NCBI GenBank assembly: GCA_002633005.1
Contig: NMRA01000665.1
Coordinates: 1 to 64,000, forward strand
Source: Phoronis australis
Taxonomy: Eukaryota; Animalia; Phoronida
DNA length: 64,000 nucleotides
Direction: 5' to 3'
The position numbers and the translations under genes are program-made. Shown here piece by piece: positions 11,660-22,195 of this stretch. The stretch's first letter is position 1, and each line of letters begins with the position of its first letter. The notes below the pieces were generated by a model. It was not told the origin of the DNA. It made no database searches and saw only the letters and a list, made by a program, of their open reading frames with translations.

Positions 11660-13677
11660 TATCGCTGGCCAAATGATTGAACGTTGCGCACGTAAATTAC
11701 GAGCGTAAATTAATTATTGTTTATAGCTTAAAATAATTTTTAAATTAGAATTTAACGGTGAAAATTTATCGATGGCCAAAGGGAAGAATGTTACGCATGT
11801 AAGTTACATGCGTAAATTAATTCTTAATGGCGTTTATAATAAATATAAGCCTTTAAAGTGCTTAAAGTCACCCATTTAATGTCAAAAACACCCTAGCGCT
11901 GTGGTTGTATGGCGTAGAGGCGCGTCCCCTGGGTGATGGATTGGGGAAGCCTTTCTAGAGGGGTTGTACCGAATATTACGGAATAAGGTGCTGTGAACCA
12001 ACTCAACCTAGGAGAATGGAAAACTCTGATTCCAAACCCGGGTAGATGGAGCTCGTTAGCCTTTGAAGGTAGTTTGTCTAGAAAAATCTGATTCCAAACA
12101 CGCGTAGACATAACTCGTTAGCTTTGACAGGCAGTTTGTCTATGAAAAGGAAAACTCTGATTTAAAACCAGGGACAGAGGATGCTCCTAAGTAACGGGCA
12201 GCAAGTTCCCTACGAGAGGGAAACTCGGATAAAAAACCAACGGATACACTGGGCCCCTGTGACGCGTAACGGCAGTGCAACGCACATACGTCGTCATGGT
12301 GGTCAATATAATTTGACCATTTGGCGAACGAGAAAAAGAAGGAGATATCAAAAAAACAAAAAAAACTTCAGCAGTCGATCAGCTGTGAAGTTAGAACAAC
12401 TGCAAACACTATCTGGCGAAATATTAATCAGCTGATCTCAAATTACCAGCATTTATACTGGTCGAAACATACTATGTAAAATCGGGACAACCAATCACAG
12501 CACTAGTCATTCTCCATTTTCTCACATGACATGGAATGTGTTACGACACGACTGGTTGATAACACCGAGTACGTATTTTTTATATTACATGGGCAAATCA
12601 CAAAGTAGTGCAAAGTAGAAATCCATACGCCTTACATTTTGTCGTCTGCAAAACACTAAAACAACCAAACGCGCGCCAACCAAACGATGCCGGAATTCCG
12701 AGGTGACAAGGTCATCATTGACAAATCCGTTGTCGTACTATACGTACTCTCAGTCGAAAAGACATGCAAATAACTTCTTAAACGGACCCATCTTCGGTGG
12801 CGAATTCTATATCCACTTTCATTCAAACGGAGACGAGCCCTCAACTCAAGAAACGCGGCAGGCTGTCTAGCTGTGCTGACTCAAGGTCATTCATTGCTCA
12901 AGCGCGGGATGCCCTGCTGACAGTTATTTTCAAATATTTTTTAAGTTTTAATGTTAAAACTTCAAAGACTATTTATTACATTCTAACTTGAATATTTACT
13001 ACGAAAGCTGAATGCAATTTACAATTGTTAAGCTTGAAATAAACCTATTGACAAAAAAATAACTGAATTGCGTGCGTGTTTTTGCAAAAGTTGCGTTTTG
13101 TGGTCGAATGGTTTAGACACGTAGTTTTTCAGCATGTGAGAAAGCAAATCCTACACTCGTCTCGGCAAGCCTCGGGATTTTTACGAAATTTCCGAGAGGT
13201 TTTGCCCATGTCATAAACCTGAGACTCGTGTAGGATTCTCTATAATATTTAGTGTGAAAAGTCGTCAAATATTGCTGCTCGTTTTCCCGTGCTTACACTC
13301 ATGTCCGTGGAGCTGAGAAACTTTCAAATGAAATCACTTTTCATGCATTTTATGGTTGTTAGGATATTGAATTCACAATTGTAATAAACAGTCCTTTAAA
13401 AGAAGATTTATGTGATGCGGAATATGTAGACACTTGTCAAAACAAGGTAAATTGCGGTTTTAAGCACTTTAAATAATCAAAGAAATATATGTACGCCCCA
13501 AACAATCAATTTACACCGTTAAGAACTACTTTACGCCGTTAATGATTAATTTAATTTACGCCGTGAATAATTAATCAAACGTCAATTTGCAGTTTAAAAG
13601 TTACTTTGCGCCGTTAACAATAATTAATTTACTCTCGTAATTAACGTGCGTAACGTTCACCCATTTCGCCATCGATA
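11660..13677. mobile_element. ~2-kb non-autonomous TIR element
   Basis: ~60-bp inverted termini (TATCGCTGGCCAAATG...AATTAATTATTGTT vs AACAATAATTAATT...CATTTCGCCATCGATA); subterminal TTTACGCCGTTAA-like repeats at ~13510-13620. Confidence 0.55.
12018..12245. repeat. Degenerate ~63-70-bp tandem repeat, 3-4 units
   Basis: Recurring GAAAACTCTGATTCCAAAC...CTCGTTAGC...AGTTTGTCTA. Confidence 0.7.
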
Positions 13678-14109
13678 CATATAGGCCGCATAACCGTTTT
13701 ATATTAATGGTCCAATAACGCATGATCCTGCTGCAGCTTGGGCGGTAGAAAAACGTCAACGGTCCTTTACCGTTCAGACGGCACAGTCTTGAGCAAACCG
13801 CGTTTCCTTGCTCTCAAAAAACACCGACGAATACGTTCACATTTTTGGAGAAAAGTAGATCTAAACCCAATAAAAACTTTGGTCAATGGAGATAGACTTC
13901 TCTTATCAATATTGTCAATGGTGCACAGCCTCACACACTTTATACGAGCAACTAACCTGTTGGAAAAGATTTCCAATGTTAGGTGCCACAGTTCCGAAGG
14001 TTCGGTACTCTGAAGGTCCATTACTCCGAAAATTTGCCACCTTCGAAAGTTCACTGCTTCGAATGTCCACAATTCCAAAACCAGAACTGGGACAGTAATT
14101 TTCTTCTTA

Positions 14110-14470
14110 AATATAAGCATAGCCCCAGGAGTCGCTTAGCATTGTATTCAGGTTCTAATTCACACCCTTGTACATATGCACTAGTAAGACCTAGATCAGA
14201 TGAGTAGGAGACATCTTTGTGCAATGCTCGATTGGCATCCAATGAAGCAAGGATTCGAACCCAGCCTCCCGTTCAGTAACGCTAGGACCTCGCTAAAAAG
14301 CAATACTTCGCGAGATTACGTGAGATATTGCCGTGTATTTTAAATGAGAACACGTGACTTTGACTAGGTTTTAGCTAGGTCCTAGCGTAGGTCCTAGCGT
14401 CTACTGAACGCACGCCAGGTCTCCCAAACAAGAGTCCCGACCTCAAACTACTGAGCTCAGTACCCAGCTC
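14110..14470 (-). mobile_element. tRNA-derived SINE interrupted by a MITE
   Basis: Removing the MITE and one TSD copy restores a tRNA-like head: TGAGCTCAGTAG...GAGACCTGGGTTCGAATCC on the minus strand. Confidence 0.6.
14265..14415. mobile_element. Harbinger-like MITE, copy 2 (151 bp, CAG TSD)
   Basis: CAG at 14262-14264 and 14416-14418; inverted ends CGTTCAGTAACGCTAGGACCT / AGGTCCTAGCGTCTACTGAACG. Confidence 0.8.
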
Positions 14471-15779
14471 ATTACTCTCATTGTCATGACAAACGTGAAT
14501 AAATTATTGTATTTGTTTCAATTCAGTAACCATTTAAAGGCTGTGCAAAAGTTGACTAGTTCTAATACATTGATTTCGTTGTTTACAAATGAGCTCGGTT
14601 CCAGTCACTGCCGAATGTCATTCTTGATTGTAACTAACGACTCATTCTCAAGCACAGACAACATGTGAGGCGCGGGTAAGGGCTGCGGCGACCAACGGTT
14701 TTCAGTTTAAGAAGACTGAATGGGGTTCACTGACTTCGTGAAGACTATCAGGGACAGGGTAGCCTGCTAACTACATTTAATTTCGACCCGCTGCGCGCGT
14801 GGTTCCGGTAGGTGAGGCTCAGGCGCAGCCCTAAACTTTTCAGTCGCGCTGTGAAATGATACGACCATGACATGGATTTGATTAATGTATCGTGGTTGAT
14901 AATTCATTAATATTTCGACTCCATATTTTTTGTAATGCAATAACTTTCTCAAATTCCGAGTTTATAAGACATGCGGGCAATTTAGCAGGTGCATGAAATC
15001 CAAACAATTATATGTCAGTACATGGGCGTTGGTTGTTTTCGCTATAGGTACCAGAGGCGGATCTAGGATACCGTAAGGGGTGGCCCAACATGTTGACTCG
15101 GGTAATTGGGTAAAGTGCGTCTGCATGGGCAAGGCCGGCCTGAAAGTTGCTTGGCCGGTAATGTGGACCGTCTGCACGAAAAATCAATCGGACTAAAAAA
15201 ACGGGGCCACGGTTCCGCCGCGGTCTGACTTCGAGCCCCCCCCTTCATCCGCCACCGGTTCTACAGTTACTGAACACAATCTTTCCTCACCCTTCTCGTT
15301 TTTCTGTTTCATTTTGGTTGCGGCAGCCAAAGGGGGGTGGGCACCTGCCCCCCTAAATCCGCTTATGGGTACACCGTTCAGTGTATTTATCATTCATTTT
15401 TGCATGTAAAAGTGCAAAAATTTCACGAGTTGAAAAAGTTAGATCTTTTCGTAGTAGTAAACATTAGAAGTAGTGAACCTTCGCATTGGCGAATCAAATG
15501 GTGAGTAGTAGGCTGTTCCCACTTTCAACGACGTACATGTAAGCAACTTTATATAACTAGATAAAAAAATTCGTCAAATTTTTCTTCGAGAGCTAATTAT
15601 TTCTGTCCGAGTAGGTGTAATCACTCATTTAAGGTAGGTGGATACACAAAAAAAATTAATTTTGACTGTTTTTTACATTTTCATATCATCCTAATCTTTA
15701 ATTCNAGTTATATCTTTCGATTGACAGAGCTCAATTTGTGATCTAAGCAGGTGAAAGTAAAGGAAATAGTGACTTTAAT

Positions 15780-16015
15780 ATGAGGAGGGCTCAAATTTCT
15801 GGCGATGTGGAACTTTTGCTGACAAAAAAGCGGCAGGGCCAAAAAACGGGGTACCACCTTCAAAACTGTGACCTGTGCGGCTGCGCCTTTTTAGTGGACT
15901 TTTGTCTCGTTTTTCTAGAACTTTTTGTTTCTCTGACGGAGGCGGACATTTTTGCCTAATTCGCCGGGGGGGGAGCTCATTCGAGCCCACCGAGTCCCCA
16001 ATGGGTGTGCGCATG
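15780..16015. mobile_element. Partial copy of the CATGCGCGCACCCA-TIR MITE family
   Basis: Reverse-orientation similarity to 36925-37191; ends in TGGGTGTGCGCATG. Confidence 0.55.
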
Positions 16016-16148
16016 ATAAACCCGCCTTTTAGATATACTGACTACCGAAAAAGTGTTCTCAGTGGAAAGTTGTGTCTATGAGTGGGTAGTTTCAAAAACT
16101 AAACCGCATAGGGGGCTACGCGGAAGGTAGATACATATACATATACAG

Positions 16149-16299
16149 CCTCCCCGTTCAGTAACGCTAGGACCTCGCTAAAAAGCAAGACTTCGCGAGA
16201 TTACGTGAGAAATTGCCGTGTATTTTTAATGAGAACACGTGAATTGACTAGGTTTTAGCTAGGTCCCAGCGTAGGTCCTAGCGTCAACTGAACACACGC
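16149..16299. mobile_element. Harbinger-like MITE, copy 3 (151 bp, CAG TSD)
   Basis: CAG at 16146-16148 and 16300-16302; near-identical to copy 2. Confidence 0.8.
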
Positions 16300-17408
16300 C
16301 AGGTCGTGAACAGAGGTTTGTCTTAGGGGTTGCAGTCCCTCAATTATCGCCAGGAATTTTGAGTGACGGCTTAACTGACCAATCAGAATTTTTGCATTTT
16401 TGACACACCTTAGTTTTCAAGCCGCCATTTTACCCGACAAACAGCATGTTGTCGGGTAAAGCTTATTGTTTGTTTGTCGACTTTTCGCGTTCTTGTCTAG
16501 TGCAAGTCTGTCAACTTTCAACGTCATTTCTTTCGATTTGGTAAAATTCCTACTGCTAGATTTTCTCGCAGGTATTAAACTCTACCTTGATCGCTGTTTG
16601 GCATGATAGTGAAATTCCAGGCGCGGCTATTTCGAAAATCTGATTCAACTATTCACGTATTTGTCGTAATTGCGATATTTCTATTTTTCAATACCGTATT
16701 TATAGATTTCGTTGATATTACAAAATCACTTGTTCGTATCATCGTCAGGATTCAATAATTAACCGCATTTCATGGATTCATTAATTGCATTTGCTTACAT
16801 TCTTTGTATTATTTGGATTCATTAATCCATCGTATTATGATTGAATCGTAGTATAGTTTCAGCAATTCGTAAAGAATTTGTGACATTATATAGATCACTG
16901 GTTTATTAAATATGTCCCTTTTCACGTGTCCAATAAGACGTTGCATTAAACGGATTCACGCTTTCTTCGCAGGCAGTCACTAATTCTTTGCATTGCACAC
17001 ATTCATCAATTGGTTTGTTAGTTCTTCTCAGGTTATCCATTTTATAGCATTTTAAGGATTTGCAAATTTGTTGCATTTTACAAGCTCAGTCACTCGTCCC
17101 ATTTTATGGATTCCCATTGCCTTTTTTAGACCATAGTATGCACTTTTTGGATAAGTTCTTTGAATTTATTTCAAGTCCACTCAAGATTCCAAGTTCACAT
17201 ACATGCACAACACCGCCACCTTGATTAATATCCCTTACCGCCTACACCAGTACGATTATTTAAAAAACATTTTGCTGAAGTTTGTAGTTATAGGCTATAC
17301 TTGTAAGTACTTAAGCTTTACTTTTTAGTAAATATGTCGGCGCAGTCGCGGGCATGTTTCCTTTATTCAGTCAGGTACATGTACATCTATGTGGTGGCAT
17401 ACACAGTA

Positions 17409-17945
17409 TATGAAGCGCCAAAGAGAGTTCAACCGCCAGTACCTTTCTGCCTTGCGTACGCATAGTTTTCCTTGATGAACGCGTAGTTTTGCTTATTCAA
17501 CGCGTACTTTTAACCAGCTCATATCGTCCCGCCTAACACGCTCGTGCTCTCAAATCTCAAAATGGCGAAAGGCTGATGGGTGAAAGACAACGTTTGAAGA
17601 ATGTTGCAGATTCGTATCATGTGCCCACGAAAGTAAACTTGTCTTTGATGGGACATACTAGAATAACTAATTCAGCGCGTTGGGGACTAAGCAAAACTAC
17701 GCGTTGATCAAGCAAAAGTGCGTGTTGAATAAGAGCACAACGATGATCGTTCGAGAACTAACACTACGAGTTAAATAAGCAAATCTAACCGTTGCTTAAG
17801 CAAAATTGTGTGTCGATAATGAGAAGAAAAACGACTAAAAGTAAGCGTTGACTAAGCAAATCTACGAATTGATTTATCAAAACTACATACTTGTTAAGCA
17901 CGAGCAGAAATCTATTAGTTTACGAACCCTTTGGGCCACTTCCTA
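17409..17945. mobile_element. MITE with inverted arrays of ~21-bp subterminal repeats
   Basis: Ends TATGAAGCGCCAAAG / CTTTGGGCCACTTCCTA; ACGCGTAGTTTTGCTT units on the left and AAGCAAAACTACGCGT units on the right. Confidence 0.5.
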
Positions 17946-18019
17946 ATTCCGCCTCTGTATTCTTAAAATAATAGAGAAAAAATTTACGATTTATAAAGCA
18001 TTATTAATGTAGATGAATA

Positions 18020-18302
18020 TGTCATGAAATCCGTGACATTCATGATACATATATAATTCTTAGCACGTTAGTTTGATAGTGTTATTACTTATTGATATTA
18101 TTTCATTGCTAGCCAATTGTTTGTGTTTATAGAAACTTGTTTTGGCTGTTAGCTGAGTCAGCGACCAACCCATCCGGTGCATCCACATATGTTTTGATGA
18201 TCTCTGTAGTAAACAAGATTGCGTAATGGTCATTCACAGAAACATTGCCTAAAGACAGCTGACCATTACCATATATGGCAAACACAACAGAGTAGTTCAG
18301 TT
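18020..18302 (+). repeat. BEL 5' LTR, left part (ends at assembly gap 18303-18526)
   Basis: Matches 24300-~24585 apart from one 3-bp indel and one substitution (counted by eye). Confidence 0.92.
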
Positions 18303-18802
18303 NNNNNNNNNNNNNNNNNNNNNNNNNNNNNNNNNNNNNNNNNNNNNNNNNNNNNNNNNNNNNNNNNNNNNNNNNNNNNNNNNNNNNNNNNNNNNNNNNN
18401 NNNNNNNNNNNNNNNNNNNNNNNNNNNNNNNNNNNNNNNNNNNNNNNNNNNNNNNNNNNNNNNNNNNNNNNNNNNNNNNNNNNNNNNNNNNNNNNNNNNN
18501 NNNNNNNNNNNNNNNNNNNNNNNNNNCACAAACCCAGACAATGTCCAGCCTACTTCGACACGTGTGAGTCATGTGGATTCAAGGGGCACTGGGCAGCTTG
18601 CTGTAGAAAAAAACGCAAAGCACAACAACAACAACAACAGCAGCAACAGCGACGTCATTCTTCCCGAGGACGACGCAGCAAATCGAGAACTCGGTCTGAT
18701 CAGAACCACGACTCGTACCGGCAGAAGAAGTCTCACAAAAACATCGATGCTATTGACGACACTGACGACGAGACTTACCAAAAGCATTTCTATTCAGTCA
18801 CT

Positions 18803-21677
18803 GTGAGCACTAAATGCCTAGACAGTATGACACGAGATGAAGCATACACCACCCTTAACATCAAACCACCCAATATGAACTCCTCAATCAGCCACACACT
18901 GAAATTGAAGATAGATTCTGGTGCATCAGGCAACACATTACCACTTCGTACTTTCAGACAGATGTATGGCCAGTCCCTAGACATGCTCAGATCCTGCATC
19001 CTGCGCAACACATAACACTCACCTCACACAGCGGTGACACCATCCCATGTCTTGGCCAGATCATTGCCAGTACCGTGATTCTACATGGGTCCCTGCAACG
19101 TTCTATGTTGTGGATGTACCTGGCCCAGCTGTTGTCGGTCTACCTACTTGTGAGAAACTCAGGCTCATCACAATACATGCTGACAGTATGAAGACGACAC
19201 GCTTTACTACCAAAGAACAGCTGAAAAACGCATACCCTGATCAGTTTGATAAAATTGGTAGCTTTGATGGCAAGGCAAAGCTTCTTCTCAAACCGGATGC
19301 GGAACCGTTTATCGACCCCCCACATAATGATCAGCATCCACCTGCGCGATAAACTCAGGCAAGAAATTGAAAACCTAATCCAACAGGGTGTGCTACGCAA
19401 GGTGGACGAACACTCCGACTGGTGCTCTAGCCTCGTATACGGCACGAAAAAAGATGGGTCACTTCGTGTCTGCATTGACCCCCAGAAACTTAACAGGAGT
19501 CTGAAACGCTGTCCACACAAAACACCAACCCTGGAAGAGCTGAATCCAGAATTTGTTAACGCAAAGTTCTTCAGCAAACTTGACGCCAAGGCCGGATATT
19601 GGTCTGTTCACCTCGATGAACAATCTCCACTGCTGACAACCTGCCGTACTCCATTTGGCAGAGTATGTTGGACCAGACTTCCATTTGGCCTCAGCGTATC
19701 TCAAGACATATTCCAGGCGAGAATGGACCAAATTCTCTAAGGACTCAGTGGTGTTGTTTACATTGCCGACGATGTGGCAGTATTCGGTAAAGACGAAGAA
19801 GATCATGATCGCAACTTACACTGTCTCATGGAACGAGCTGCACAAACTGGTCTCGTTTTAATAGCTCAAAATGCGTAATCAAGCAGCGTAGCATATCCAT
19901 TTTTGGCAACCTATACACAGACTCTGGGATAAAACCTGACCCCTCTAAAATCCGTGACATTCAGCAGATGCCTATANGTTCGAAACCACTCCACTCAGCT
20001 CCACCACGGTTGCAAAGAATGCTGCTAAAGATACAAGGATACAACTTCCAGGTGGTCTACAGACCAGGTAGCCAGATGACTCTAGCCGATACCCAGAGTA
20101 GACTACCAAGCCCTGAAAGTGGTGCGACAATCGAGTTAGATGAATGCATTGATGGTGTCAATCTCAACCTCGATCCTCTGATCATTGACATGGCCATCAT
20201 TAACTTCTCTGACCACAAGAGAGAGAGACTTAGAGTGGAGACCACCCAAGACTCTATGCTGAACCTGATCAAGGAGATTGTCTATCAAGGATGGCCTGAG
20301 ACCATAAAAGACTTACCTGAGCAGGCACATCCCTACTGGGCTTTCAGGGACGAACTAGCTGTCGAAGCCGGAATCCTGTTCAAGGGACGACAAGTTCTGA
20401 TACCTGAACAGATGAGAGACGACATCTTACGGCAACTCCACGAAGGGCACCAAGGCGTCGAGAAGACCCGACTGTTAGCCCGAGAAAGTGACTGTAAGCT
20501 GGATAAATATAAATGCAGACATTAAGCGACTATGCAAGTCGTGCCCACTTTGCCAGAAGTTCCAAGATGCCAATCCACGACAACCACTCAACCCCTATGA
20601 TATACCTTCCAGACCATGGCAGTTAATCGCATCTGACCTATTCGAGATTGATGGCAGACAATTCTTGACAGATATTCGAAATACCCTGTAGTTGATGCAA
20701 TGAAAGCGTCAGTGACCAGTCATGCTATAACCACAAAGATTAGAGACTATTGCTCTCTGTTTGGAAAACCAGACGAAATTATATGACTGACAACGGACCG
20801 CAATACACTGGTCCAGCTTTCAAAGCATTTGTCACCTCTTGGGACATCAAGCATGTCACCAGCTCACCTCACTACTCCCGCAGCAATGGCTAATCATCGA
20901 ACGCCATGTAAGACACATTAAGTCTGTTGTGAAGAAGTGCTTACAACAAAAAGTCTGATATCGCCTTAGCAATGCTTCAGCTCAGAGCCACTCCGATTGA
21001 CGCAAAACTTCCATCACCAGCAGAATTGCTATTTGGCCGACTAGTAGTCTACCGAGCCACTCTGAACCTGGTGAGGATGCACATCGCAGAAGATTGGATG
21101 AACGAGCTACAAACATGAAGGACCATCATGACGAACAATGCTTTAAAAAATCTCTTCCAAGTTTGTTTCGTGGTCAGCATGTTAGAATCCTCAACAAAGG
21201 AACCAAGACTTGGCGCCCGAGTACAATCAGGCATCAAGATGAGAATCCAGACAGTTATATCGTCGAAACCCCAAATGGCACTAGGCTTCNGATGAACGAG
21301 CTACAAACATGAAGGACCATCATGACAAACAATGCTTTAAACAATCGCTTCCAAGTTTGTTTCGTGGGCAGCATGTTAAAATCCTCGACAAAGAAACCAA
21401 GACTTGGCGCCCGGGTACCATCGTACACCAAGACGAGAATCCGGACAGTTATATCGTCGAAACCCCAAATGGCACTAGGCTTCGCCGCAATAGACATCAT
21501 TTGCGAGACATGATGCCGAAACGTGTTAATTTCAGCGACGACACGCCTACTCACTCAACATCTACTGCCACATCAGAGGACTCTCGCAGTACACCAGCAG
21601 TAGCTGAACCAGAGTCCATCCTCAGGAGATCTGAGGGAAAGACTTCAAGACCATCTCGCTACAAGGATTTTGTTTAA
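18803..21677 (+). pseudogene. Gypsy pol, frameshifted with stops; RNase H missing at N 19977
   Basis: Protease LKIDSGASGN; RT LRVCIDP, SKLDAKAGYW, RLPFGL and YIADD (after a TAA at 19738); integrase LHEGHQG/CPLC, ASDLF and TDNGPQY. Confidence 0.9.
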
Positions 21678-21802
21678 ATATTAGGACACTAGCTTACTAA
21701 GATATCATATGCGTAATCATACTTACTTACTTAGCACCTGCTACAGGATCAAGTTATCACCATTGATCATTACGTTCTAACCGTATTATAACCGCATTTA
21801 CT

Positions 21803-21814
21803 AAAGAGGGGGGA
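21803..21814 (+). other. Gypsy polypurine tract
   Basis: AAAGAGGGGGGA immediately 5' of TGTTGTAGTAT. Confidence 0.85.
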
Positions 21815-21962
21815 TGTTGTAGTATCGTATTACTATGTAGCGTAGTCATATATTGCTGTGAATGAAGTAGTTCTCTCGGTACTTAGTTTTCAAATATAAA
21901 CCTACTGTTCTAAGCCTGGTGTCTTCATTATCGCCTCTAACCGGCCAGATAATACTTCAAAA
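21815..21962 (+). repeat. Gypsy 3' LTR (~148 bp)
   Basis: Starts TGTTGTAGTAT after the PPT and ends ATACTTCAAAA (9/11 inverted match); the exact end is uncertain by a few bp. Confidence 0.7.
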
Positions 21963-22168
21963 CCCACATATTTGTGACTTGTATATAAATCCGTTCACTT
22001 GTCTAATAAAGACAGTCCTCATCTTGCTACTGCCAGTTGCTTTACTAGTGTAATTGAGTGTTCCACACTTAGTTACTGAATACAACCACCTCACTGACGG
22101 ACCGAGATTGTCCACAACACAACACAACGCTGCTACTAAGTCGAGTTATTCTCCACTATTCTACTACA
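21963..22168 (+). repeat. BEL 5' LTR, right part
   Basis: Matches 24664-24874 (one 5-bp indel, two substitutions); contains TATATAAA and AATAAA; ends TACTACA. Confidence 0.92.
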
Positions 22169-22173
22169 TTGTT

Positions 22174-22186
22174 TGGTGCCGTGACC
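22174..22186 (+). other. Primer-binding site, complementary to the tRNA-His 3' end
   Basis: TGGTGCCGTGACC 5 nt after the LTR; eukaryotic tRNA-His ends in ...GTCACGGCACCA. Confidence 0.8.
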
Positions 22187-22195
22187 TGCACGAAG

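Larger units (their letters stand above)
18527..21962 (+). mobile_element. Ty3/Gypsy LTR retrotransposon nested in the BEL 5' LTR (5' end lost in gap)
   Basis: Domain order protease-RT-integrase, then PPT and 3' LTR; BEL LTR sequence resumes at ~21961-21963. Confidence 0.88.

Noticed and set aside
18127-18806. Long ORFs in the supplied track spanning 18303-18526
   Set aside because: Artefacts of translating through N runs.
19948-19963. 16-bp identity (AAATCCGTGACATTCA) between Gypsy RT and the start of the BEL LTR
   Set aside because: Lies within the conserved coding motif PDPSKIRDI and is not at a junction; most likely coincidence.
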